Shown: piece by piece, positions 1 to 13,113 of the stretch | Position numbering within the stretch: the first letter of the stretch is position 1 | Layout of the letters: every line of letters starts with the position of its first letter | DNA from: Felis catus | Taxonomy: Eukaryota | DNA length: 64,000 nucleotides | Direction: 5' to 3' | Assembly (NCBI RefSeq): GCF_018350175.1 | Contig: NC_058368.1 | Location: forward strand, 26,290,001-26,354,000 | Program-made: the position numbers and the translations under genes | Notes under the pieces: generated by a model | Databases searched by the model: none | What the model was told of the DNA's origin: nothing | Seen by the model: only the letters and a program-made list of their open reading frames with translations

Positions 1-859
1 ATAGTAAATCTCAACAATTCACTGTCGACTATCATTGAACATCCCTGTGAGGTTAAATGAGCTTTAATGATAAAGGACATAGTGAATTCAGAAAGATACT
101 CATATTCCTATTTTATATATGAAGAACAGGAAGTACAGTCATTAATAGTACCAAAATAAAAAAGCAAAGCATCTGTCGGTTTCTTTTAAATGCAAGCACC
201 ATTTTGTCACCATCGTGCTTTTTGTTTAATTCCTTCCAAATCTCTTATAACTTCAGGGTGTAAATGAAATTAGAGAGTTATATGCACATTTTTGGTATTT
301 ATTATTTTTGTGTCCCAAATTAAAGGTTGTGTAATTGCTCTGGGAATCTGCCTCTGATTCCCCACGCCTGGGAAAAGGCCCGTCTTACGTGCTCTGATGG
401 TACCTTATACCTTCCTCTGTGTTAACCATCTACTTGTGCTGAATCCTGTGGCTCTGAGGGCAGCGATCAAAACTGGGGAGAATGAAGGCAAGGGCAGGAC
501 ACAATTAGGGGGACAACCTGGCAGGGACTTGAGGCAAGTCTGAAACTTCTGTGAAGTCCTGTGACTCTTCTGTTTCATGCCACAGTACAGTTTTGTTTCA
601 ATAGGAAATAGTATTTTAAATTACCTAACATCGAACACAGTTGACATTACAGGGAGCTGCAAGTGTGGCTTTCTCTACTTTCAGCATACTGTTATCTTCT
701 CCAGGGTGAGGAGTTACGGTTCTGTAGTATTTTGTATACTTTAAGTTACTTCCTTTTGTTGGCTTTAGGGGATAACATCAGTGTCTGTGTGATTCACCTT
801 TGTAAGGTTTTTAAAGATCCTGTATTTACTATGAGCGCAAAATGTTGAAAAGGATTCAG

Positions 860-1420
860 ATCCTTAGTTCTCCAGGATAACGGATGCTCTGACTCCTTTC
901 CTTCTTCGACCTGGCTAAGCTTCCTCTTACACTGCTTTTGAGCCTTGCTTATTTCGACACTGCACTGCTCTAGTTTTCTTTCTGCTGTTTTTATCTCCTT
1001 TCTTGGTTATTTACCCTTGCTCCCTTGAGCTGGGTGTGGGTATGTAAAAGTCATCTCCTTAGTTCTATTTCTTTCTGTCAACTTCCTGCTGAAGCATTTG
1101 CCATAGTTCTTCACCTCCACACTCTACAGAGGACTCCAAATCCTTACCTTCAACCTTGGACCTTGTTCCCATCTCCCTGTCCTATGGAGCTAACTTTGCC
1201 TCAGATTTTGTTGGAGCTCCTTCTAAGTGCGTAGCTTCTATGAATGATTGCCCCGGCGTTTCCATCATCTTTGCTCTAAAGCGTAGTCACCTTTGCGTCC
1301 ACTTTCCTATATATCACCACCACAGCCCCAGGTGATAACCGCTTCTTTGGACTGTTTGTGGGAGACACCATATGGACCGTTGGGCATCCAATAACCATCC
1401 CAGTCATGCAATTAGTCTTA
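860..1420 (+). mobile_element. Degraded LINE-2 (L2) fragment
   Basis: Pyrimidine-rich sequence resembling the L2 3' region; boundaries approximate. Confidence 0.45.
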
Positions 1421-1438
1421 TTAAAACATTCGTTCTCA

Positions 1439-1644
1439 GGGAGGCTGGGTGGCTCAGTTGGTTACGTGGCCGACTTTGGCTCAGGCCATGATCTCACTGT
1501 TCGTGGGTTCGAGCCCCGCGTCAGGCTCTGTGCTGACAGCCTAGAGCCTGGAGCCTGCTTTGGATTCTGTCTCCTGTCTCTGCCCCTCCCCTGCTCATTC
1601 CCTTTCTCTTTCTCTCTCTCAAAAATAAACATTAAAAAAAATTT
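1439..1644 (+). mobile_element. CAN-SINE (SINEC_Fc-like)
   Basis: Head GGGAGGCTGGGTGGCTCAG, B-box GGTTCGAGCCC, CT-rich region, AATAAA/A tail, degenerate TSD. Confidence 0.95.
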
Positions 1645-2017
1645 AAAAATTCTCTCTCAATACTCAATTTAGAAGTCTTTAGTTGCTTCCTCTTGTCCTA
1701 GCTGACTACTTACTCATGCTTTTAATAATTTTACTTCATCCTAGCTCCTTGCTCTTATGTACTCTCTTTACCTGAAATTCCCACTTCACTCTTCCCCTGA
1801 AACTTACCTCTCCTGGGATCACGTTTTAAGTTATGCCTGATTAGATGTGAACTGCTTTTGGAAACTCAAGATAGGTGTTGTTTGTTGGTTTGTTTTTTTG
1901 GTGACAGTTTTAAAAAAAAACTGCCACTCATCCACACCCTGCCTTATTCATTTCTTGAGTCCAGGGGCAGAGTGGTTATAAGAAAGGACCTGAGCTGCGC
2001 TGCCCACATTCACATAT

Positions 2018-2195
2018 ATCTCAGTCCCACCTCTCACTACTGCACCTTGAGCTGATTCCTTAACCTCTCTGAGCCTCATTTTTCTCACCTATAAATCAGG
2101 AGCAGTATTAGTACCCAGCTCCCAGATCTGTTGTGAGGCGTAAGTTAATAGATATTTTAAACCCTGCCTAGTACTATATAGATGTTTGCTATTAT
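2018..2195 (+). mobile_element. MIR SINE relic
   Basis: MIR core CCTTAACCTCTCTGAGCCTCATTTTTCTCACCTATAAA...GTTGTGAGG. Confidence 0.8.
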
Positions 2196-3062
2196 CCTTA
2201 CATGTTAAGAAAATATCCTATTCCCTAAGCTGCTAAAATGGAGAATGTTTTCTTCTCATTTGCAATGCCCTACAGAATCTATCCTGGTACCTTTTGTATA
2301 GTAGGCATTCAATAACTACTTATTGAATCAAGTTGAAATTTATTGCAAAATTCAGTTGTCCAACAACAGCTACTTTTGGTTTTGAAATAAGGCTGTTTAA
2401 ACTTGTACAGAGTAGTTTCAGCAGCCATAAAGTGAGGTCACAGAGTTTTTCCGGGATAATTTAATAGCAGAGTATATGGTTTCCTTGTTTAATTATACGG
2501 TTTGGAAAAAAACCCAACCATGTAGTTTTAAAATGTATATTTTAAACAAGATTATACAAAGATGATGGAATAGCAAACCTTTGGGTACTTAAACACTGAA
2601 AACATAAGCTTTGGTGTTTTAAATTAAAATAACAACAACAAAAAAACCCTAAGAGTTACAGTAGGCAACAGTTTGCATGCAGTAGAGATGACCTTCCAAG
2701 TGAAAGCCTCCCAGAGTAGCGTTAGCAGTTATGTATCGTTTTCTTTTGTAAACACTAGTTTTAGTCTCCCTTCTGGGATTTTTTAACTTACATATACCTA
2801 TGGCTTTTGTAAAATATATTGAATGGAGTTTTTGAGTACCTCCTTAGGATTGAGTAAGAGATGTGCAGGACTAATATTTGCTGTCAGTCTTGTATGTTAA
2901 ATTTTAATATGTTGGAATTGTGATAATATTGTTTGAAGCTTAAATATTTGACATTCCATCAGTTTTATTCATATGGTTTAAAGAAATGGTAAACATTATC
3001 ATAGGGGTAGACATTTAATTTGGTTTTACCAATCTGCTTGAGATTAAATAGCCCTAAAATCA

Positions 3063-3251
3063 GGGGCACCTGGATGGCTCAGTTGAGCATTCAGCTTCCG
3101 CTCAGGTCGTGATCTCATGGTTCTTGGGTTGGAGCCCTACATCGGGCTCTGTGCTGACAGCTCAGAGCCTGGAGCCTGGTTAGGATTCTGTGTCTCCCTC
3201 TCTCTCTGCTCCCCGCTGCTCGCTCTCTCAAAAATAAATAAATATTTAAAA
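3063..3251 (+). mobile_element. CAN-SINE
   Basis: GGGGCACCTGGATGGCTCAG head; TSD AAATAGC(C/T)CTAAAAT. Confidence 0.95.
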
Positions 3252-3999
3252 AAATAGCTCTAAAATTAGACCACAGGTGAAATATAGAGTGATGTTTGAT
3301 TCAGATGGGGAAAAAGGGAAGAAATATCCCTTAAATATTTAATTTTTCTGGCTCCACAAGGAGAAAAATGGAATCTTTACCAGTAAACAGAAGTCTGATT
3401 AAGTGCTCTAAGAGTGTAAAATTATTTTTTAAACTTTAATATTTTATTCTATTTGAGGATACCAAGTAAAGTGTTTTTTTCCTCTAGGTTTTATGGGGGG
3501 GTTTTGAAGCATTGGACAAAGAACCACTAGGAGTTCAAGTTCCCACCGAGTAATCATTACTTCTGATAGTAGTTTTATTAACTTGCGAATTTAACAGAGT
3601 TAAGAACTAAATTTCCATCTTTTTATGTTAATATACTCTTAAGATTATTTAATCGTCTCTTAATTTTGTCATGAATTTATTTAATATATTTTTAAATATT
3701 AAGGTGTTCTAAGTATTGCTAGTCAAAATAAAATATAGATGTATTCAAGAATCTACAAAATTAGGTTTTGTAATGGATCAGTGTTTAAGTAAAAGGAGGA
3801 AAGGTATCGGGTACTTGTAATGAAATATTCACCAGCTGTAGAATGACCTGCTCATCCACTTGCCAAGTCTTACCTCTGTTACTGTTTCATTCGTCTTTTT
3901 AACCTTTGGGTAGAAACACTGGGAGTTCATGCTGTAAACTTCTCTATTCTCTGTGCTTTAGAGTTGAAAATACTAGATGATTTTTATATTCTAGGTCAA

Positions 4000-4017
4000 C
4001 CCCCCCCCCCCCCCCCC
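4000..4017. repeat. Poly-C tract (18 nt)
   Basis: Direct reading. Confidence 0.95.
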
Positions 4018-4784
4018 ACGCACAAAATTGAAGAACATTCTTGGGCAAGTAGGTGATTTACAGATTTATTAGCAATGGTAATATGAAAATTTAAGGGTAT
4101 TTATGTATGGCATCTTGCAGCTGTGGTGGAAATCATTTCCTTCCTTTCTCTTCTGCCGTGTTAACTTCAATCTAGATTTGTATATTCCAAAAGAGAGCCC
4201 CAACAGGTTTCTAGATACTTTTATATGTCACCTCTCTGCCCCCTGCTGTTTTTTCCCCTGTAATTTATAGAGTATCTGTGTGAGAGCATTAGAAACTATC
4301 AGGAAGTAGAATTGCTGAAATGGCAACCTTCTTATTAGTAATGACATGATAACTTGAAAATTGTTGATTGTAGATATTGTCTGTGCTATGTGAATCTTGT
4401 TCATATTTTTTATCTTCAGATTTCATTACGTTCAATATGCACATATTACTGTGTCTGTAATGATTGACAATAATAGTTTTTGTCTCGAGCAAGACTTCTA
4501 TCAAGTAATCTGATCTCGCCTATTTGAATTCACGGTTTCTTGATTTCTTATGGCTGTTGTTATCAGTTGCAGTAATCAATTGAAGATTCTGTATACCTTT
4601 TTGGGGACCTAGTGCTGTGGGAATACAAGGGAAGTTTGTTGTGGTCCTTGCTTTAAATAGCTTGTAGTTTTGTTGTGAAGAAAATGTATGCATGTGAAAT
4701 AGTTATAAAAACAGCAAATCCTTAAGGATTAGGTCACAAGACATAGTCTACACATGGAGGAAGAACTAAGTGGATTCAGAGCAA

Positions 4785-4950
4785 CAGGGTAGAACTTACT
4801 GAGTAGTAAGGACTCTGGAGTTAGACTGGCTGGATTTGAGTCCTGACTCTACCACTTACTAACTATGTGAGCTTGATCAAGTAACTAGTTTATGCCTGTT
4901 AACTGGCAAATGGGGATGATAATATAACTTATCCCCTAGGATTGTTGACT
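4785..4950 (+). mobile_element. MIR SINE relic
   Basis: GGACTCTGGAGTTAGACTGGCTGGATTTGAGTCCTGACTCTACCACTTACTAACTATGTGA matches MIR. Confidence 0.85.
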
Positions 4951-5420
4951 TGTGTGTGGCCTTTTTAAAACTGGGGTTTCTTGAGGAAAAAAAAAAAAGC
5001 CTTAATGACCTTAGGCATCTATTGTAATTAATGACTTGACTTCTCTTTTTATGCATCTGGGATGGGACCAGTTATGAGCCATCCTTGGGAGATTTGAGAA
5101 AACAGCTACTCAGATAATTTTCTGTGTGCAGTGATTCCAGGGAGTAACCCTGGTCGAGGACTAAATGCATTACCATATAATGAATCATGTGGAGCAGGGC
5201 TTGCAAGTGTTGGCTGGTATTGGACTCTGAAAAAGAGTATTTAATCAGAGGTAAAGAGTTTTTCAGGCTGGGAGAAGTTAAGGGTTATCTGAAAGTGTTT
5301 TCCATCTCAAACAAGTATCCCATTACTTTGTATCGCTAGGACCAAGATGGGACCTGGAAAATCAACAACTTAGTCATGAATCAGAAAAGCGTGGAACGTT
5401 TGAAAGGAAGGTTATACATC

Positions 5421-5449
<29 letters not shown>
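5421..5449. repeat. Poly-A tract (29 nt)
   Basis: Direct reading; no attached SINE body or clear TSD. Confidence 0.95.
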
Positions 5450-5451
<2 letters not shown>

Positions 5452-6434
5452 AAACCCCTTCTTATGTGTATCAAAGTCATGTAAGTTTACAAATACATTG
5501 AAACTAAGATAAAAAAATTTTTAGTGAGCAAGAGATAGCAAATGGAAATTAACCATATACCAAAAAGGTAAATTAACACACCTTTGTTTTTGTGGCTACA
5601 ATTTTGTGTTGTTGCATCTAAAGGCAAGCTGAAGAGAAACATTTATTTCATTTGATCAATAGTGTCCTATAAGCACAATTTTAGATAGGTTAAGTATGAA
5701 AAATTGGCTGTGAGTATAAGGATCTTTGGTAACATTGGGAGAGAGCCATTTCACTGGAGTATCAGCCCACAGTGCACGTGTGAGTACTTACCGTCTCTCT
5801 CACAGTTTCAGTATATTTGTAAACTGATATGGCTTTGATACAGTTGATATGCTTATGAAGAAGTTGTTCCTTGTTGTTTTTACTACAGTAGACTCCTAAC
5901 TCATCCTCCTACATTTAGAGTTCCCCTTCCCTGCATTTTATCCTACGTGTCACTTCGATGATCATTTTCTGTCATCTCCCACTGGAGATGGGGTAGAATT
6001 AGATTGAATTAGAACTATTAGAGTAAAAATTACCATTGGACTCCCACTAGTACACTCACCCCTTCCCCCCGACCAGCCTCTGGGACCAAGTCGGACTGTA
6101 GGGAGGATTTAAAGATTTCCAGTTCAATACTGAGAGATTCAGCAAGAGGGGCAGTGCAAATCTGATGCTTTATCTCTCAGTATTTACAGTTGGTATACTG
6201 CTCTGTTCCCGTCATTAGTTCCTCATCTCTCACCCAAATTCACGTGCCTGGAATATTTTATTTCTCTTTGTAGAGTTCTTGCTTTGATAAATGTCAGCCT
6301 GTTCATGGAACTCAGAGATGGACTGTCTCCCGTGTGTGCCATTGTCAGTGCCCTGTTGGGACCTCTGTTAATGTGTGCTGAAATTTCTGGCACCAACCAT
6401 TGGCCTAATTATTACTTGTTGCCTATCAGGGTTT

Positions 6435-6436
<2 letters not shown>

Positions 6437-6487
<51 letters not shown>
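6437..6487. repeat. (TG)n microsatellite
   Basis: About 25 perfect units. Confidence 0.98.
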
Positions 6488-6491
<4 letters not shown>

Positions 6492-6501
6492 ATTTTTAAC
6501 T

Positions 6502-6548
<47 letters not shown>

Positions 6549-6732
6549 TTGAGAGAGGGAAAGAATGAACGAGCTGGGGAGGGGCAGAGAGAGAGGGAGA
6601 GAGAGAGTCCCAAGTAGACTTTGTGCTGTCAGTGCAGAGCCCCACGTGAAGCTCAGTCTCATGAACCGTGAGATCATGACCTGAGCTGAAACCAAGAGTC
6701 AGACTCTTGGTGCCTGAGCCACCCAGGCACCC
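6492..6732 (-). mobile_element. CAN-SINE with (TTTA)n-expanded tail
   Basis: Reverse-complement head ...GAGCCACCCAGGCACCC; tail expanded to a TTTA array at 6501-6550. Confidence 0.95.
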
Positions 6733-7329
6733 TGGGTCTTATCTGTTTTTTACCTACTAAATTTTCCATACTGCCTGCTGTTGGTTCACCACCTCCCAGT
6801 TTCTAGTTCCAAATCCTTATCTGTTCCAGTCCCACCTCGGGAACCTCTGGCACTGCCCCCAAAATGACAATGGCAGGGAGTGAAATGTTCTTTATAAAAC
6901 CTCTGGTGAAGGAAAGAGCCAGCAGAGTGGATGCCATTAAATATAGGAGATAAAGTAAGGCCATAGAAAAAAATTGAGAAAGTTTTAGCATTAAGAACCC
7001 AGATGGGAGCCTTTTCTTTCTTTTGGTTGAGATTTTAATTCAGAAATTTTAAGGTGGACTGTGGGGAGGAGAGTGAGGGAATTTAATTGATTGGCTCTAT
7101 CATCTCTGAAATTTAGGGAGAGATATCTCACTTGTTGGTAGATAAATTATATTGGCTCTAAGAGAATGAAAAAAAATATATAGTGGGAATGGATATGTCA
7201 TCAACCAAGAATGAACACAGGAATTGTAGAACAGCTGTGGAATACGTCTGATTATGTCTGGCTCCTGTAACATTGGGAGCCCAGAAGCAGACTGGCTGAT
7301 AATTAGTCAAGTGCATATGTGTGGTTTTT

Positions 7330-7760
7330 CTAGGATCTATTCCAGAAGGGGTTAAAGGCAGCTTACAAAAATCTATCTAGCGTGACAAAATAAAATTAAA
7401 TATATATTGTGATGAAGGAGAGAGGTTGATAAGGAGAAGAGGGAGCTCAAAATGAGAATAATACTCAGACTCTACGTATGAAGAAGTTTAGAAATGGGCC
7501 ATAAATTCGCTGAGAGCTTTCTAGTAGCCAGTGTAGAGGCAGAAATAGTAATTATAGATTCCAACCCTGTAAAACATAAAACAAATGAGTTAATTAGGCA
7601 AAGTGCAACAATTGTTGGCATTGAGAAAATGTTTGCCCAGAGTCTTTTCTGTAAATTTATAAACTTAATGAAAATGGAGAACATGCTTTGGGTCAGCAGA
7701 AATAGCCATAGGAAAAAATCAGTCTTAAGTGTAAGAAAAATAAGTAACATAATAATGGGG
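7330..7760. mobile_element. Ancient mammalian repeat, MamRep605-like
   Basis: TTCCAGAAGGGGTTAAAGGCAGCTTACAAAAAT and GGCCATAAATTCGCTGAGAGCTTTCTAGTAGCCA resemble the recalled consensus. Confidence 0.45.
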
Positions 7761-8859
7761 GGGGGTTCTTTTTTTTTTTAAGGTGTTGGGAATCTATAGA
7801 TGTTATTATGTGGGCAGATTAGATTGAATTAGAACTATTAGAGTAAAAATTACCCCATAGAATGAAATCACATAACTATAGTTTGTCATCAAAGTACTAT
7901 TTTAAAGGAAGCATTTATAAATTCTAGATATTTCAAAATACTAGTTTACCTCTAGTCATCAAAGCAATCTAAAGATCTATCTCTACTTATTGGGGTTTAC
8001 CTGGGTACCTTCAAATCCAGATTGGCAAAGCATTCTCAGATATCAAGTGTTCCCAGCAGAAACAGTTGAAAATTTCTTTGAAATTTAAATTTTCTATGAA
8101 GAATCTTCTGAAAGAATCTGGTTTCTAGAACATCATCTAATACCAACCAAATGATTTAGGGAGCCTAAGGGCCCAGGGCAGTGTGACGAGGGGATTGGTA
8201 TGAAATGGAATAGGAGTGAGCATAATGATATGCCTAAGTCCTAAAGGCCAAAATCGATTTTGTATTTCCAGTGAGGGAGAGAACAGTTAGCTAAATTTTT
8301 ATACTTAGGTTTTCATTTCAAAACCAAGTAAGGGATTTTTTGCCTTGACTGTAGTCTTATTTCATAAAAAAGAAAATTTGCATTTCTTTAGATTGACCTA
8401 GAACAATGTTTTTAATAAGAAGGATTAGCAAATATTCTTTCATGTACGAAATGCATTAATCAAGAAGCTCTTGTTTAATTAGTTTGAGGATGAATTGCTT
8501 AGCAGAAATATTGCACAAACAAGTTGCTAATTATTCTCTCAGGTATTGGTCAGCCATGAAGACCAAGTAGCAAAAGAGGAGTAGATCTATGAATTATTTT
8601 ATGTTTGAGCAAATGACTGACTCGATGAATATTCGCCAAGGGAGGTGCTTGCGATAAAAATATGATGAAGCCATGGCCCCTGTTCTCATGGCCTACAAGG
8701 GGATTATCTAGTCTATAGGAAAGTAAGCCAATTGTACTGTAGTGTGTTAAGTTCTCTGATAAATGCTTGGTATACTGTGAAAGTAGTGAATTGGGAGTAA
8801 TCAAGGGAAGTTACTCACGTGGAAAAGGATTTCCCAGTTATAGGAAATACAGAGACTTT

Positions 8860-9270
8860 AAACAATATAGATTTTTGAAGTAGAAGAGTGTGACCTCTCA
8901 TAATGGAGGGAATGACAGGAAATGAGGCCAGAAGGGTAGGAAGGGGCTAAGGTAAGGAGCTTCACTTTATCTTAAAAGCTATATGGAAATAAGGATTTGG
9001 AGTAGGAAAATTGGTGAGATATTTGCATTTTGGAAAGATGGATCTGTCAGCAACTTAGAGGAGGGATTAAAAATGGGGAACAATATTGCTGGCAACTAGA
9101 TCATTTGGGACACTTTTGTAGGTAGTAGGTGAGAAGTGATAGGCCTGAATTAAGGCAGGGACAGTGTGGCAAGGAAAGGGTGGAGGAGAGAATTGTATTC
9201 TGAATTGAAGGTAGAATCTACTTTGACTCAGAGAGGTGATGGAAAAATGGAGTTGAATGTTATTTTGCCT
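8860..9270 (-). mobile_element. L2 fragment
   Basis: Purine-rich antisense L2-like sequence (GGCCTGAATTAAGGCAGGGACAGTG...). Confidence 0.6.
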
Positions 9271-9289
9271 AATTCAGGCCATAGGTTTT

Positions 9290-10530
9290 ATTTTGTTTTG
9301 ATTTTAAATTGAGGTGAAGTTCAATTAAACATGTTAACTGTTTTAACAAGTACAATTCAGTGGTATTTAGTACATCCACAGTGTTGTGTCACCTCTACTT
9401 GTTATCAAGTTCCAAAATATTTTCATCAGTCCAAAAGAAAACACCATATCCATTAAGCAGCAATTCCCCATCTGCCCTTGCCCCAGACCCTGGCAACCCC
9501 CATCTGCTTTCTGTTTCTATGGATTTATGTATTCTGAATATTTCATATGAATGGCAGCATACAATATGTAGTCTCTTTTGCCTGGCTTCTTTTACTAACC
9601 ATAATGATTCCCAACTTCGTCTACCTTACAGCATTCATTCATTTTTGTGAATTCATGTTATGAATTTATGAATTGCATTCATTTTTAGGGCTGAATAATG
9701 TTCCATGTGTGTCTATTGGCATTTGTTAATCTGTTGGCATTTAGTTGTTTCTACCTTTTGTGAATAGTGCTGCTATGAATATTTGTGTCCAAATATTTGT
9801 TTGAGTTACCTGTTTTCAGTTCTTTTTGACATATATATGTAAGAGTGGAATTGCTGAGTCCTATGGCAATTCTGTGTTTGGTTTTTTGAGAAATCACCAA
9901 ACTGTTTTCCACAGAGGCTGTACCATTTTGCGTCCCCACGAGCAATTTTTGAGGGTTCTAATTTCTCCACATCCTTACCAATTCTTGTTTTCTGAATCTT
10001 TAATTACAGCCATCCTAATGGGTATGAGTTGGTAGCTCATTGTGGTTGTGATTTGCATTTCCCTAATGATTAATGATGTTAAGCATCTTTCATGTGCTTG
10101 TTAGCTATCTGTATATCTTCTTAATTCCACTTTTAGGCATATACCCCAAAGGTCTGTAATGTATATACTAGACCATTATCAGATATATGTTTTGGAAATG
10201 TTTTCTTCCAGTCTGTAGGTTACCTTTTCTTGATAATGTCCTTTGATCCACAAAATTTTTAATTCTGATGAAGTCCGGTTTATTTTTTCTTTTGTTGTTT
10301 GTGCTTTTGGTGTTGTATCTAAGAATCACCAAGGTCATGAAATTTTGCTCTATGTTTTGCTCTAAGAATTTTGTAGTTTTGGCTCTTATATCTTGATCGT
10401 CGGTCTATTGTGAGTTTGTATATGGTGCGAGTGGGAGTCTAACTTTATTCTTTTGTATGTGGGTATCCAGTTGTGGCAACACCATTTGTTGAAGAGGCTA
10501 TTCTTTTCCATAGTCTATCCTTTCCAAAAT
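9290..10530 (-). mobile_element. LINE-1 3' end and ORF2 C-terminal part (L1MB-like)
   Basis: L1M-type 3' UTR on the minus strand; ORF 9751-9945 gives L1 ORF2-like LVGTQNGTASVENSL; antisense CTCATTGTGGTTGTGATTTGCATTTCCCTAATGA. Confidence 0.9.
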
Positions 10531-11075
10531 AGGGTTTATTTCTATATTTTCATCCTGTGTGATCTCTGAAGTATCTGTTTCCTTTAGCTTGTGGTCATCT
10601 AACGTTTTGGCACAGATTTCCTTGAACATGTGGAGCCCCCCCCCCCCTTTCCCCCCAAATAACCTCAGTTCTTTCAGTCTTTGCAGGTTGATTCTGTGTT
10701 GGGACCCTCCTTCAAAGCTTAGGTAGGTTCGTAATGGTTCTCCCTTAACCTTCTCCTCCTGCTTGTATTGATTGACCCTAAAGATCAGCCAGAGACGAGA
10801 GTTTAGGGTCTTCTTACATCCTGTCCTGGGCACGTACTTTGGCATTCTAAATTCCCCAGTTTACATGTAGCTTTTCAGTGTATTAATTTTTCCAGAGCAT
10901 CTCTCTCCCCAGGCTTTCAGCCTGTTCTTTTGTGTGCTCTATCTTCCCCCTCAGACAACAGTGGGTTATTCATTTGCCTTTTAATGTTCTCAAGGAATGC
11001 CCTGTGCTTAGACACTTTTCTCACCCTGAGAGAGTCTGCGTTAGGTGAAGCAGAGGCAAGCACCTGTCCTTCAGG
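10530..11075 (-). mobile_element. Old L1 5' region fragment (L1M-type)
   Basis: Resembles L1MC/L1MD 5' sequence; approximate. Confidence 0.5.
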
Positions 11076-11917
11076 TTGTGAGAAAATACACAAATTACCT
11101 GATGAATTATCACAAAATAATGGCTGTGTAACCTTCATCCGGATTAAAAAACAAAACAAAACAAACAGAACATTACCAACATTCTAGAATCCCCTCTCAA
11201 AGTGCCTCCTAATTACTGCTCTCCTTCTTTTCCCGGAAGGTACCTATTCTACAGACTTTTTACAGTACAGTATCCGTTAATTCATTTTGAACTTGATATA
11301 AATGAAATTATATACTATATATTCTTCTATTTATTTTTGTGCTCAGTATTCTATTTGTGAGACTCATTCATGTTGTTTAATAGGAGTTTGTTCATTTTCA
11401 AAGCTGTATAGTATTTTGTTGTATAACATTCTATTCTATTCTACTAATAGACATTTGGGTTGTTTCCATTTTGGAGACTCTTATGAATAATGCAGCTGTG
11501 GCTATTCTTGTGTATGTCTTTTGATGCACATATGTTTGCATTTCTGTTGAGTATATTCCTAGGAATAAGACTGCTAAAAAAAATACTGCTTGTTGGTTTG
11601 TATATGTTCATCTTTAGTAAATATTGCCAGTTTTCCACAGTGGTTATACCCATTTTCACACCTACCAGTTCTGTAGGAGTGTTCCAGTTTCTCCACATCC
11701 TACCCATCACTTAGATTTAAACCCACTTGTCAATCTTTCTCATTTTTGCCATCTTGATGGGTGCGTAGTATACCTCATTGTGGTTTTGTATTGCATTTCT
11801 CTTGTTACTAATGAGATTGAGCATAGGTTATTTGGATGTATTGTTTTGTAAATGCTTGTTCATCCGTTCATCCATCTTGCCCACTTTTCTAACTGGTTGG
11901 CTTATTCTTACTGATTT

Positions 11918-12135
11918 AAAATTTTTTTTTTAATGTTTATTTATTTTTGAGACAGAGAGAGACAGAGCATGAATGGGGGAGGGGCAGAGAGAGAGGGAGA
12001 CACAGAATCGGAAGCAGGCTCCAGGCTCTGAGCCATCAGCCCAGAGCCCGATGCGGGGCTTGAACTCACGGACCACGAGATCAGTGACCTGAGCTGAAGT
12101 CGGACGCTTAACCGACTGAGCCACCCAGGCTCCCC
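11918..12135 (-). mobile_element. CAN-SINE (SINEC_Fc)
   Basis: Full body; TSD TATTCTTACTGATTT at 11903-11917 and 12137-12151. Confidence 0.97.
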
Positions 12136-13069
12136 ATATTCTTACTGATTTGAGGGTTTCCTTAAATGTTCCTGAAATGAGCTCTTTGATATGTTACAAA
12201 TATCTCCTCTCACTGTGTGACTTATATTTTCATTCTTTTATGGATGTCTTTTAATAAACATAAATTCCCAATTTGGATGTACTTTCATTTGTTTATCTTT
12301 TCTTTTATAGTTAATGCTTTTGTACCCTTGTTTAAGAAATCTTTGCCCATTCCCAAGGTTCTCTTGTGTTATTTCCTAGAAACTGTTTTACCTTTCACAG
12401 CTACAGTGCATCTGATCTGATTTTTTTTTTTTTTTGTATGAGATAGGGATTAAGTAATTTTTTTTTTCCCTAAAGGGGCAGCTTATTGGCTCAGCATTAA
12501 TACTTGAAACGACCATCCTTTCTCTTCTTTGTAGTGCTAAAAAGTTTTTTTTTTTTTGTTGTTGCTAAGATGATAATTGGCATCATAGCATTATCTTAGT
12601 TTCAGGTGTATAACATAATGACTTGATATATGTATATATTGCAAAATAGTCACAATAAGTCTAGTTAATACCCATCACCACATAATAACAATTTTTTCCT
12701 TGTGAAGAGAACTTTTACAATTTACTCTCTTAGCAACTTTTCAAATATACAGTATTATTAACTATAGTCACCATGCTGTTCCTTATATCCCCAGGACTTA
12801 TTTATTTTATAACTGGAAGTTTATACTTTTTGACCTCCTTCATCTATCTAATGCTTTCTGCTCCCCCTACCCCAGTCTCTGGTCACCACTAATCTGCTTT
12901 TTGTATCTATGAGTTTGGTTGTTTTTAAATTTTTTTTTTTTAAGATTACACACTAAGTGAGATCATGTGCTATTTGTTTTTATCTGACTTATTTCATTTA
13001 GCATAATGACTGCAAGGTCCATTTATGTTGTTGCAAATGCAGAATTTCCTTCTTTTTTAATGGCTGATA

Positions 13070-13070
<1 letters not shown>

Positions 13071-13111
<41 letters not shown>
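13071..13111. repeat. (TG)n microsatellite
   Basis: About 20 units inside the L1 3' UTR. Confidence 0.97.

Positions 13112-13113
<2 letters not shown>

Noticed and set aside
4455..4516. ATGATTG...CTGA, snoRNA-like spacing
   Set aside because: Box C imperfect, too short, no terminal stem
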